From Spirochaetota bacterium (GTDB lineage: Bacteria > Spirochaetota > UBA4802 > JAFGDQ01), in the NCBI GenBank assembly GCA_043803405.1, contig JAZDKB010000015.1, forward strand, positions 96,001 through 160,000: 64,000 bases of DNA, in the 5' to 3' direction. The notes under the pieces are model-generated. The model did no database searches and was not told the origin of the DNA. It saw only the letters and a list, made by a program, of their open reading frames with translations. Positions within the stretch are counted from its first letter, which is position 1. Every line of letters begins with the position of its first letter. Made by a program: the position numbers and the translations under genes. Positions 14,588 through 24,521 of the stretch are shown piece by piece.

Positions 14588-17221
14588 TTATCGGATAATT
14601 TTGAGATACTCTTCAATTTTATGCAGGAAATTCTCTGCCTTTTCCATATCAGCCATTTTAATTTCGGCATTTTTAATATCGCGCGACCCACCCTTAAGCA
14701 TTTTTTCATCTGAAAATCTGCCTATGGCATTAACATAAAACGGCATTGATAGAGATTCAAAAAGATCTATTTCACCCGTATGGAACATCTTCAATGAGTT
14801 CTTTCTTATACAAGTAACAAGATCGTCCTTTTTAATCTGATCCATATTCAAATTGATTATTGTCTTCAGAGAAGCATAATATGATTCAAAATGATCCTTC
14901 ATGATAGAAGCAAACAATTTTAATTCATCAACAGAATTCTCCTTAAGGATCAATATGCCATCCTCGCCTCTGGATACTAACGATTTTTGTTTAAAAAATT
15001 TATATACTTCTTCATGTATTGTCTCTGATGTATCCCCGTCATCCGAATATAAAAACTCCCTTCGGAAAAGATCTTTTATTAATTCATATTCTTTTTTAAC
15101 ATCCGATTCTTTAATATCTTTTCCCTCTGAGATTTTGTTAATATACAATATCGCCATCGAAGTTAAAGAAACAGGAAGAAAATAATGTAGAATACAGTTC
15201 TTATAATAATTAATTCTTATCCTGTCGTCATCTTTCAATACGTATAAATCTTCGACTAATTCCTCTTTACTGCCGCTTTCAATTTTAATCTGATGGAGGA
15301 TATTATCGTCAAGATACGTATCCAGCACATGCCCTATTATTTCATCGATGTCCGAATCTTTATGAAGGCTTGCAGACATTCTTGCGTTTGTCTGTATTAA
15401 ATAAAGAAAAAGAGTTTTTGAATTATTTATAAGTATTGATTTCGCAAAGCCTTTTGTTGAAAGAATTAAAATTGCCATGCTCGTAAGAGCAAACGGTGTA
15501 ACTACTGTAACCTCGCTGATTTTACCGACAACCGTATTGGCAACCAAATCGGGTATGGCTTTTTTATCGGTAACGCCTGCTGAAATTTCTTTAAGCGTAA
15601 GCGGATCACTGAACGACACATATACTTTACCGTATTTCCTTTTTAATACTTTACGGCTTTTTATCATGTCTGTCATTGATTCATCGACTTTTTTGCTGCC
15701 TTTTAATTCTTTTGAGTGAGCTTTTTCTTCCAGTATCCTGTCATAGTCGATTGCTATAGGCACAAAAACAAGATCTTCATTATACCCTGCATAGATTGCG
15801 TCGATTATGTAATAGAGTATGCCTAACTTTGGCAATAAAAGCTTGCCTGTTCTGCTTCTGGCTCCTTCCATGAATATTAAAATAGGATAACCGTCCGATA
15901 CCAGTGTTCTAACATATTGTTTAACAATAGTAGGATATAACTTAAGGCCTTTGAATGTTCTCCTTATGAAGAATGCCCCTGCACGCCTGGCGATTGTGCC
16001 AAATGGAAAAAAAGACATATTTTTCCCTGCGACAATATGCGGACTGAAGAGTTTATTAATATAAAATATATAGGGAATTACAATAAAATCCAGATAGCTT
16101 TTATGAGTAGGTAGCAGAATCAATGGCCCGTTTTTTGAAGCTTCCCTTATTTTTCTTACCTGCTCCAGGTCGTACTGGATACCGTCAAAAATTTTGTTTA
16201 AAATAAAAGATATTACTCTTTTAAAAATACTGATTACGAGTACTGAATAATTTGCAGCGAGTTCCTGATAATATTCATACGCCTCTCTCCTCAACTGTCT
16301 TTCCGATACTTTTTCTCTTTTTGCCTGCTTCTCAATCATTTCCAGTACTTCTTTATGGTATAGTACTTTTTCCATCATTTCCTGATTGGATCTGATAACA
16401 GGGCCAATGGCCGCTCTTTTTTCATGATGATATTTTTCGAGAAGTTTATTTCTTAATCCGACTGCAATTTGCTCGGGATCTTTGGTTTTTGCGTTTTCGA
16501 TTTCTTCTTTAACATTAACAGGCGGTAAAATTCTTACAAACGCAGGTGTAGCGCTCCTTAATACGGCAATCCAGCCCGATATCAGCCCCTTATCGCCGGT
16601 TGCCTGTGAGGCTACTGTTGTTGTTGTACGCTCGGGATTCAAATTCCAGAAAATCATCTGGGGCAAAAGATAGATCGGATTTTGAAAACTTTTCTGAAGC
16701 CCCACCAGATACGTAAGGGAATCGTATTTTATTTCCATGTATCTTCTTAGAAAAAATTTTCTCGAAAGGAGGGAAACATGAATGCTTTTTTTCTCCCATA
16801 ATTGTCTTTCAATATAATCAGTTTCAAAAATATCGGGATATTTTGTTCTGAAGAGTATTCTCTTTATTGATTTTATAAACCTTTTATATAAATGTTTTAT
16901 TGTCTGCATCATATACGGATTTTCATCCAGGGCAACTATAGGCAGGTCGATATTATGTTTTTTTAATAAATGGCAAAATATTAAGAGAGAAATATTTGAA
17001 CTATGGAAGGATACATAAACAATATTGCTCTTTGAACTGTAATCTTTAAGAGTTTGAAGACTTTCGGAATCAAAGTCAATTTTTCGAAAAAGCATACCAG
17101 CAAATTTTTCCAGCATAGAGTTAAAAAAACCGTCTATAACGCCGTCAAAAGTCTCGTTAGATTTGAATTTATAGGCACTTTTGCTGTTTTTTTCAAGCTT
17201 AAGCATTATAACCCCCAGCAT
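14588..17221 (-). CDS. plsB: Glycerol-3-phosphate 1-O-acyltransferase, PlsB-like
   Basis: HKSYLD (HX4D), GAFFIRR, FMEGARSRTGK, PIAIDYD acyltransferase blocks; 877 aa. Confidence 0.85.
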   Translation of the reverse strand: MLGVIMLKLEKNSKSAYKFKSNETFDGVIDGFFNSMLEKFAGMLFRKIDFDSESLQTLKDYSSKSNIVYVSFHSSNISLLIFCHLLKKHNIDLPIVALDENPYMMQTIKHLYKRFIKSIKRILFRTKYPDIFETDYIERQLWEKKSIHVSLLSRKFFLRRYMEIKYDSLTYLVGLQKSFQNPIYLLPQMIFWNLNPERTTTTVASQATGDKGLISGWIAVLRSATPAFVRILPPVNVKEEIENAKTKDPEQIAVGLRNKLLEKYHHEKRAAIGPVIRSNQEMMEKVLYHKEVLEMIEKQAKREKVSERQLRREAYEYYQELAANYSVLVISIFKRVISFILNKIFDGIQYDLEQVRKIREASKNGPLILLPTHKSYLDFIVIPYIFYINKLFSPHIVAGKNMSFFPFGTIARRAGAFFIRRTFKGLKLYPTIVKQYVRTLVSDGYPILIFMEGARSRTGKLLLPKLGILYYIIDAIYAGYNEDLVFVPIAIDYDRILEEKAHSKELKGSKKVDESMTDMIKSRKVLKRKYGKVYVSFSDPLTLKEISAGVTDKKAIPDLVANTVVGKISEVTVVTPFALTSMAILILSTKGFAKSILINNSKTLFLYLIQTNARMSASLHKDSDIDEIIGHVLDTYLDDNILHQIKIESGSKEELVEDLYVLKDDDRIRINYYKNCILHYFLPVSLTSMAILYINKISEGKDIKESDVKKEYELIKDLFRREFLYSDDGDTSETIHEEVYKFFKQKSLVSRGEDGILILKENSVDELKLFASIMKDHFESYYASLKTIINLNMDQIKKDDLVTCIRKNSLKMFHTGEIDLFESLSMPFYVNAIGRFSDEKMLKGGSRDIKNAEIKMADMEKAENFLHKIEEYLKIIR

Positions 17222-17542
17222 GAATAATGCATATTATACACAGGTTATTTTTATTTATTAGGCATCTTTAAAGCAAGGAATTTTTTATGATGTAAAAGAA
17301 TAATAGTATAACGATATCTTCGTTACTAAAATGTCTAAAATAAGCATAATAATTAAAATGTCTACTTTTATTTCATAAATAATCGCAAATGTTATTAAGG
17401 CAATACATAACTTTTAGGGAAGGATACGAAATAATACAGGTTCAGAACTCAAAATATCGCTTTCGGATTGAAATTATGAATAAATTTTAAAAAAATGATT
17501 GATAAAACAAACAATATAAAAATAAATAAACTCCGTATTTTA

Positions 17543-17616
17543 CGGGGTGTAGCGCAGCCCGGTAGCGCACTGCGTTCGGGACGCAGGAGCCGGGAGTTCA
17601 AATCTCCCCACCCCGA
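17543..17616 (+). tRNA. tRNA-Pro(CGG), CCA not encoded
   Basis: CGGGGTGTAGCGCAGCCCGGTAGCGC, CTGCG-TTCGGGA-CGCAG anticodon arm, GTTCAAATC, CACCCCGA end. Confidence 0.98.
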
Positions 17617-17725
17617 ATATAATAAAAACATGCAGAAAATTTTGTTAATTACTTGCTTTTTATTATATTTAGTATATAAATAAAGAATTATCGCAGCAAC
17701 ATCTTGCTTAACAGGGACGTTAACC

Positions 17726-18142
17726 ATGAAAATATTCGGCGATAATATTATTATCAATGACAGATTTCCCTCCACTATTAACAATAAAAATCATATAATA
17801 GAAACTATAATAAGCAGAATTAAGGAATATACCTGTGTTACTAAAATTGATTACGATGAGCTATTTCTTGTAATCGATGAAGCGATAACAAACGCAATGG
17901 AACACGGGAATCACTGGGATCCGGACAAGCTTGTTGATGTGAAAATTACCCGCACCGGTGAATATGTATCCATAACAATCGAGGATGAAGGTACAGGCTT
18001 TAATATTGATAAATATTCTATAGCTGATTCCTCACCTAATCTAAATCCGCGAGGAAGAGGAATTCAGATCATTAAGCATTTCTGCAGGCCGAACTGGAAC
18101 AATACCGGCAATCAAATCAATTTCTGCATCGATTTAAAATAA
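17726..18142 (+). CDS. RsbW-like anti-sigma factor / HATPase_c kinase
   Basis: EAITNAMEHGN, IEDEGTGF, GRGIQII. Confidence 0.88.
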   Translation: MKIFGDNIIINDRFPSTINNKNHIIETIISRIKEYTCVTKIDYDELFLVIDEAITNAMEHGNHWDPDKLVDVKITRTGEYVSITIEDEGTGFNIDKYSIADSSPNLNPRGRGIQIIKHFCRPNWNNTGNQINFCIDLK

Positions 18143-18150
18143 TTTCCCTG

Positions 18151-18888
18151 ATGACGAATCGCAAATTCATTAATAGTTTCAGCTTCTGTTTTTACTGCTG
18201 TTTTTCCATTCTTTTTACATTATCCGTATTGAATATTATTCAAATCCCGGAATATGAATTAACAATATTTTCAGGATTCAGTTCAACCCTGGATGAAACA
18301 GCTAATGCCATTAAAGGCTTTGGGAGATTTCTGGATTCGATTAAATCAATTATAGATGTTATTTCTGCAATCATCGGTATTGAAGTTATTCTATTGCTGA
18401 TAGTTGTTTCGTTAATAAGCATGGGGATTTCGCTTGTCGGGATCCCAAAAGGAAAATTATCCTTTTTATCTTCCTTGATTATTGCAGATTTATTCTGGAT
18501 CACCTGGGCAAAAAGCTTTAATCCGGAATATTCTGCATTTATGGCAAAAATATTTTTGATACTTAAAACAAATCTAATTCTTTTAATTCCATTTATTATT
18601 ATTTATTTTTTCCGAAACCCTTCTGTCGCTAATAAAACAAAGCAATTGTTGCTTTCATTTTTAAGGGTGATTATAAAAAGTAAAAAGACAGAAGTTAAAT
18701 ATAATAAAAATGAAATTCTCTGGATTACCAGGAACCTTCAGGAAACCAATACAAAATTACAGAATTCCATTCTTAATGATATTTTAGTTGCTAAAGAAAA
18801 GGATGAATTTGCTTTTTCGGATGATACAATTAAACATAAAAAAGAAATGGCAGAACTATTAAATAAGGTCAGAGTATCTGATAAATAG
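18151..18888 (+). CDS. Hypothetical membrane protein
   Basis: About four hydrophobic segments; 8 nt after preceding gene. Confidence 0.7.
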   Translation: MTNRKFINSFSFCFYCCFSILFTLSVLNIIQIPEYELTIFSGFSSTLDETANAIKGFGRFLDSIKSIIDVISAIIGIEVILLLIVVSLISMGISLVGIPKGKLSFLSSLIIADLFWITWAKSFNPEYSAFMAKIFLILKTNLILLIPFIIIYFFRNPSVANKTKQLLLSFLRVIIKSKKTEVKYNKNEILWITRNLQETNTKLQNSILNDILVAKEKDEFAFSDDTIKHKKEMAELLNKVRVSDK

Positions 18889-18972
18889 CCTGTTTTATTA
18901 AACTAAACACAAAGGACATCTTACAAAACATATACAGACCGGATTTACTACAACTCATCTCAAAATTAAGTT

Positions 18973-21900
18973 TTATATTCGATAATATTTTTCCGGCCCC
19001 ATTTTTTTTAAAACAGCCATAAACAGCAGTTCTTCGTTAATCTCCCCATCTGTTGAAAAGAGGTGTTGTATCCTGCCGCCCGTGTTGCCAGCGGCTTCCA
19101 GTATTATCGGAGTGAGTATTTCGCCCATTGAAGATACCATGCATCCTTCGGGCGCTGCATTGATAAAAAGATCGGTCCCTGAGCGCAGCTTTATAAGCGC
19201 CTCGCCGGTATACGGCGCAAGCTCCCCATGCGGTTTAAGCGATGGGAGCAACTCTTCAGCTTCGCGCAGAATAGCTTCCATGGGATGAGGCATCTCCAGG
19301 CCGGCTGCTTTATACAATGGCCCGGCAAATATATTTCTTAGATTTGATACCGATCCCTTGCTGTCCGTGATTTGCTTTTTGTTTTCCTGTATAAGTTCAA
19401 TAAGATGCGCTCGTTCCTGTTCCGGGCATGAACGCAATTTCTCTTCGTATCTGTTTATTTCATCTTTCTTAACTAAAATTCTATTCTCAAGAATATATTC
19501 CAGGAAAGCCCATACAGGCGTATGACCGATTTCAAAGCTGCCGAATCCGAATTCATCAATAAGAATTTTAAATATCTCTTCGATCTGCGCAACGCGCACA
19601 TATACTTCGCCGTCAACATGTATCCGGAAACGGTTCGGGTTTTCCCTGCCTGTGAGCAGCCATTTCTTTGCGAATCGTTTTAGTGGTTTCCTAAGCCCGC
19701 TGTTTCTGTAAAGCCCGTAGCCGAAATATTTTGCTATACCGCCGAGCTTTGGAATTTTCCGCTTTATCAGTTCCACCAAATAACGCATTATTTTGCCAGG
19801 TCTGGTATTGTGCTCGAGAATGTAATAAAGATCGCGTTTTAGTTCAAGAAAGTCAGCCCACAGGCGGTTGTATTCATCATGATCTTTGCATAGAACAGCT
19901 GCTTTCATGAAAACGCTGTGAAGCACTCCCTGGAGAATAACAGCCTGAAACCCTACGAGCCCGACCCATTCTTCCAGGTAAAAACCGGCATTCTCATTAG
20001 TAAGCGAACTTGTAAGATTAATTAAAATTTTTATCGGATAATTAAATTCTTTATCTTCAACGATTTTGTTCCTGAATTGTTTATAGAGTAAAAGTTTAAG
20101 TACATCGACATACTGTCCAAGCCTGCATGGCCCGTCACCGCCGTTCATAAAAACCATTATCCTGCTTTTGCCTTTAACAAGGGGATCATTGTTCTTCTTC
20201 CGTGCCGCAAAATCCTGAACAGCATCTATCATGTCCGCATAAACTGCAGATAGAGGAAGGCACACTGTGTCCCCTGCAAATTTACGGCCGGTTTTAACTT
20301 TCGATACAAGATTATATGTTTCATCATCGTAATTATCGATTGCAGTAATGCCCGCAGCCCGGAATACAGATGTAACCATCCTGTTATCGCTTAAGTTTGG
20401 GAAATAGATTACATCGGTATCTCTATTAATGCCGTCAAAAACAAATTCGTTCAGCACTTCAACGCTGAAATTATCATCACCGGTATCGGAGAGTTCGGTA
20501 TGCAGTTGCTTGGTAAGCTGGTTGATATGCGTGTTGACCCTGTTCTCCAGATGCGCAAGCTCTTTTATCATTGCATCGGACTGAATGAACAACGAAGGTA
20601 TCTTTTTCGTGATCTCCATGCAGGCCGGGACCGTCACTGAGTCAGGGCCGCATCTGAATGTCGAAACCTGCACGACCGACAAAAGCGTATCGGTTAGTCC
20701 GCATTCGATTCTTCTTACAAGCTCTTTTAAACGCGCATGTTTAATGATTTCATGTAAATTCTTATTGGTTATTGCGTCTATCTTCGTCAGTATATCGTGC
20801 GGATTTTTCCAGTACATATAACCATAATCTTTATCAAGTTCAGTGTCAATGCAGTAAGACGGCAGGGCTATTACACCCTTGTCCCGCATAAGCTTGCCTA
20901 CATGGCTGTCGTATATCCCGGGATTAGAAATATATCCCCGCGCGCATATTACTGAAATATTCAGATGATTCTTTATTGCGTATTCAACATATTCGGCAGC
21001 TTTATCCGACAGCTTACCCGACAGCTTCTGATTGTCTGCAAGAGCGATTTTCACGGCATCAGTAAATTCCTGCCTGGATATATCGCGCTTATAGTATTGA
21101 AATACAGGCAAAAGGCTGCTGTACATCTGGCTTGCGATAAAGTCAGGTTCCATATTTTTTAGGCTGACATTAAAAAGCAGAAAACGGGCTTCCGGATGTT
21201 TCATCTTTGCAAAGTGCATGGCGATCACTACCCCGCCCTGATTAGTAGTGCATGTGCGTCCCAGACTTGCTCCGTCTGTCGGAAGATAGTCGATCTGCGG
21301 TACGAGTATTATGCCGTGTTTTCTGCCTGCGAGACGCATGAACTGCCCTGTTGCGCCTATGTTCGGAGCGCATGTGTCGATAGCGAAAAGAGGCTGTGCA
21401 TTAAAAATATCGTCTTCGATAATATCGTCGCAATGAACGGGAAAACCAAGATGAGCGAATATCCTGCCCAGAAAGAATGCCTGGTCGGATACTGCAAAAC
21501 TCCGCGGTATCACCAGCCTGTCTTCGCGCTCAGAACGATGCAGCCTTTCGGCAGTGTATGCCCACAACTCCCGGTATGCGTCCGGCGCTTTTACACGCTC
21601 TCCGCCTGACTTGCGCGACTGCATCTCATTTACTGCAGTGCATCCTCCGAGCATCAGTTTGATTAATCCCGAAGGCCCGTTTGAGGTAAGGCTTGCGCGG
21701 GCGCAACGCGCGTCCCTGTCTCCGCATGCTGCTCCGCGGCATTCGATTATCTTTTTTTCGTAAGTTCTGTCAATGAAGTCGTTAAGGTCATATTGTTCAT
21801 CGTGTGTCTTTTCATTTTGTTCCATGCTGCTTATTAGACCAATACATGCGCGGTGGCCGGGCATAGGCGGAACAAGGCAGTATGCAGGCCTGCCGGTGTA

Positions 21901-23694
21901 TTCCTGCATCCTGTTCGTAACCGCAAGCGGAAGAGGATCGGACAGCATGGTTTGCCCGTGAAGCAGCACAATGGCATTGTCCGGAAATTCGATCTGGTTC
22001 CAGAGCGTACGCGCCATGTTCTCTACAATAGCGTAATTGCATGATGCGAGTATCTCTTCTTTGCCGTAACCGCTTGCCTGCATTTTTCGTGCGTTCTCCA
22101 TAAGAAACACTGCGCACGTCGCGTTTATTCCGTAAGCGCGCTGTGCATCGTATGCCTGGCGGCACGCATCGCTTATATCACTTATTCCGAACATCGTTTT
22201 AAGGGTGTCCATAAGGCTGCCTGTGCCTGCGGAACATTTAATGTTCATAGCATTGTCGAAGAGCTCGTTCTTTTTAAGAGCGATTACCGAGATCTTAGTG
22301 TCCTCGCCGCCTATGTCTACCAGCACGCAAAAATCCCCGTTAACAGCAATGCCTTTAGCATTCAGTTTCGCAATATGATCGCGCGCGTATCCGATAGAAC
22401 CGCGGGCATGCGCGTAGTTCTCAACCAGAGTAAAGATCCGCTCGCTTAGCGCAGGATACACAGCCTGAAGTGATCTCTGTACCTGGTAGCGCCCGCTGCC
22501 TGTGATACCGATATTCTGTATATTCAGGCGGCCGGTTCCGCGCGAACGCAGATCAGCGAACATGTGCTTGATAGTCTCTATAGTATCTCCGTGATTATTG
22601 TACGAATTCGTGAATAAAAGTTCCCCGCTTCCGGCATCAGCGATCGCCATTTTGGCCATGGTAGAGCCGACATCGATCCCTATATTGACATGCGTACGGT
22701 TCATCCTGTCCGCGTTAAAATCCCGAAGCCCGCCGTCTTCTAATCTTTCATACAGGCCGCTTGCCTCGTATTGCTTTTTTAAAGAATTAAACGAAGGATA
22801 TTGGATCATCGTTGCAGGCTTTCTTATTTTCTCAGTATTCTGCTCTCTCACACTGTCTTTGCCAATTGACTCAACCAGGTGCATCACGCCGCGTATAAGA
22901 AGAGTCTGATCCGTATCAAAGTTTATCTCTGTGACGTTCAGATCGCTAAAGTAATCGTTCGCGCAGTCGCGCGCGTACTGCCAGTTAAAGATGCGTCCTG
23001 TTAAATACACCGCGTCTGTTCCGGTCAGCTTGCGGCATGCTTTAAGCACCTCGGATTTCATTGTTATGGCAAGAGCGAAATCCAGAGGAATGCCCTGGTT
23101 TTTGTCGGATATGGTAGCTGATGAGCTGAACACTCCGCAGCGGTCGGAACGCACAGGCACATCACGGCGCTTTTCTTTTCCGGAACCTCCAAGATATGCT
23201 GCGAGTATTTTATCTACATCCTTTTTTTCAATGTCAAGCTTTTCAAGTATTCTGCTTATGTTTATGCCTGACCCTGCTCCGCAATGCGGATTGACCGCAA
23301 GGCTGTCTTCTATAAGATCGCCTTTGCTGTTTATCGAAATGGTCATGTATCCGGACGCGGAAGCGTCTATGATGCCCAGCGAAGTAAGCCGGTTCGCGCT
23401 TTGCTTCATCAGCAGCCTGGCGCCCGACCAAAGCGCTGCGGCAGGCATGATAACGGTTCCTGCGTCGAACGCGCTTCTCACTATGTCCGCGAGTTTGCCT
23501 GTTATGTAAAGGCTGCCTTCGCAGATAAGTTTGCCGGACGCGTCATCCTTAAAAAGCCCGGTTCTTTTCAGTACTTCCTGGATGCGGTCGTCAGCAGTGC
23601 ATACAATGTCGCTTACTATTCTGCCGTCTCCATCCTTATAGTCAAATGCAGCTACATGGATGTTCTCTACACCGGCGTCTATTATATATTGCAT
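18973..23694 (-). CDS. Acyl-CoA dehydratase activase fusion (two BadF/BcrAD-type ATPase domains + DUF2229-like and dehydratase-like regions)
   Basis: HCGAGSG; GIDVGSTMAK, ITGSGRY, DIGGEDTK, KCSAGTGS, CAVF; later FRCGPD, GPCRLGQY, PEGCM. Confidence 0.88.
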   Translation of the reverse strand: MQYIIDAGVENIHVAAFDYKDGDGRIVSDIVCTADDRIQEVLKRTGLFKDDASGKLICEGSLYITGKLADIVRSAFDAGTVIMPAAALWSGARLLMKQSANRLTSLGIIDASASGYMTISINSKGDLIEDSLAVNPHCGAGSGINISRILEKLDIEKKDVDKILAAYLGGSGKEKRRDVPVRSDRCGVFSSSATISDKNQGIPLDFALAITMKSEVLKACRKLTGTDAVYLTGRIFNWQYARDCANDYFSDLNVTEINFDTDQTLLIRGVMHLVESIGKDSVREQNTEKIRKPATMIQYPSFNSLKKQYEASGLYERLEDGGLRDFNADRMNRTHVNIGIDVGSTMAKMAIADAGSGELLFTNSYNNHGDTIETIKHMFADLRSRGTGRLNIQNIGITGSGRYQVQRSLQAVYPALSERIFTLVENYAHARGSIGYARDHIAKLNAKGIAVNGDFCVLVDIGGEDTKISVIALKKNELFDNAMNIKCSAGTGSLMDTLKTMFGISDISDACRQAYDAQRAYGINATCAVFLMENARKMQASGYGKEEILASCNYAIVENMARTLWNQIEFPDNAIVLLHGQTMLSDPLPLAVTNRMQEYTGRPAYCLVPPMPGHRACIGLISSMEQNEKTHDEQYDLNDFIDRTYEKKIIECRGAACGDRDARCARASLTSNGPSGLIKLMLGGCTAVNEMQSRKSGGERVKAPDAYRELWAYTAERLHRSEREDRLVIPRSFAVSDQAFFLGRIFAHLGFPVHCDDIIEDDIFNAQPLFAIDTCAPNIGATGQFMRLAGRKHGIILVPQIDYLPTDGASLGRTCTTNQGGVVIAMHFAKMKHPEARFLLFNVSLKNMEPDFIASQMYSSLLPVFQYYKRDISRQEFTDAVKIALADNQKLSGKLSDKAAEYVEYAIKNHLNISVICARGYISNPGIYDSHVGKLMRDKGVIALPSYCIDTELDKDYGYMYWKNPHDILTKIDAITNKNLHEIIKHARLKELVRRIECGLTDTLLSVVQVSTFRCGPDSVTVPACMEITKKIPSLFIQSDAMIKELAHLENRVNTHINQLTKQLHTELSDTGDDNFSVEVLNEFVFDGINRDTDVIYFPNLSDNRMVTSVFRAAGITAIDNYDDETYNLVSKVKTGRKFAGDTVCLPLSAVYADMIDAVQDFAARKKNNDPLVKGKSRIMVFMNGGDGPCRLGQYVDVLKLLLYKQFRNKIVEDKEFNYPIKILINLTSSLTNENAGFYLEEWVGLVGFQAVILQGVLHSVFMKAAVLCKDHDEYNRLWADFLELKRDLYYILEHNTRPGKIMRYLVELIKRKIPKLGGIAKYFGYGLYRNSGLRKPLKRFAKKWLLTGRENPNRFRIHVDGEVYVRVAQIEEIFKILIDEFGFGSFEIGHTPVWAFLEYILENRILVKKDEINRYEEKLRSCPEQERAHLIELIQENKKQITDSKGSVSNLRNIFAGPLYKAAGLEMPHPMEAILREAEELLPSLKPHGELAPYTGEALIKLRSGTDLFINAAPEGCMVSSMGEILTPIILEAAGNTGGRIQHLFSTDGEINEELLFMAVLKKMGPEKYYRI

Positions 23695-23814
23695 AATTAT
23701 TAAACTTGATTTGAAATATTTTAAAATTACTTATAATATAAACAAGATTATACAAGGGAACAGGATTTTATCTATAATACCCAGTCAAGAATAAATTAAA
23801 ATATAAATTCACTC

Positions 23815-23846
23815 TTGACAAATACATTTTAAATGTATTAATACAT
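23815..23846 (+). promoter_or_regulatory. Probable promoter/operator of TA pair
   Basis: TTGACA immediately followed by overlapping palindromes AATACATTT-T-AAATGTATT and ATGTATTAATACAT. Confidence 0.55.
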
Positions 23847-23910
23847 AATTATTAAGAATAATTACAAATGCAGTTTACAATGCATCTATCAGAATAATAA
23901 GGGTGATATT

Positions 23911-24177
23911 ATGATAATGTTAAATAAGCAAAATGTTAAAGATATGATTTATACTAATGTTCTCTATGAAATTCATAAACTCCACGAGAAAATAAAGCTA
24001 TTCGAAAATAAATATAAGACTGATTTCCAGGCATTTGAAAAAAAAATTATTAATTCAAGGAAAGAAAACTTTGAACAATGGGATGACTATATTGAATGGA
24101 AAGCATATTTAAAATCATTTGAATCCCTGTCCAGAGAAAAGGATAAACTTAAAAGTGGAAATTATAGAATTTCTTGA
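23911..24177 (+). CDS. Putative antitoxin partner of DUF6516 toxin
   Basis: 88 aa with FENKYKTDFQAF...ENFEQWDDYIEW; overlaps the downstream toxin-like gene. Confidence 0.65.
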   Translation: MIMLNKQNVKDMIYTNVLYEIHKLHEKIKLFENKYKTDFQAFEKKIINSRKENFEQWDDYIEWKAYLKSFESLSREKDKLKSGNYRIS

Positions 24178-24490
24178 AAGAAATAAATCGGTAAAAGTTA
24201 TTGATATACTTGATTTTAAAACATTCCGGTTTGGCTTTTTCATTAAAGTCAAGGTAGTTTTAATCAATGAATCGGAATTATTTATTAGAGAGTATTCTGA
24301 TAAAGAAGTAAGAAATTATTCCTATCATTGGCAGGATAAAAACGGGAAACTCATTATAAGATGGGATAATTCACCACATCATAAAAACATTTCAACATTC
24401 CCTCACCACAAACATAATAAAAATAAAATCATTCCAAGTTTCGAAATAGATATTTCAGGTATTTTTAAAATTATTGAAAAAAATATTTAA
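24155..24490 (+). CDS. DUF6516 (TumE-like) putative toxin
   Basis: YSYHWQD...IIRWDNSPHH...TFPHHKH; GTG 24155 is the probable start (track start 24119). Confidence 0.75.
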   Translation: MEIIEFLERNKSVKVIDILDFKTFRFGFFIKVKVVLINESELFIREYSDKEVRNYSYHWQDKNGKLIIRWDNSPHHKNISTFPHHKHNKNKIIPSFEIDISGIFKIIEKNI

Positions 24491-24521
24491 TTTGTGTGTC
24501 ATCCTGAATTCAACAAATAGA

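Noticed and set aside
17449..17784. ORFs overlapping tRNA-Pro; tRNA as island attachment site
   Set aside because: tRNA explains the sequence; no integrase and no duplicated tRNA 3' end noticed
24497..24512. TGTCATCCTGAATTCA as a third REP family
   Set aside because: Only a short fragment with no partner arm
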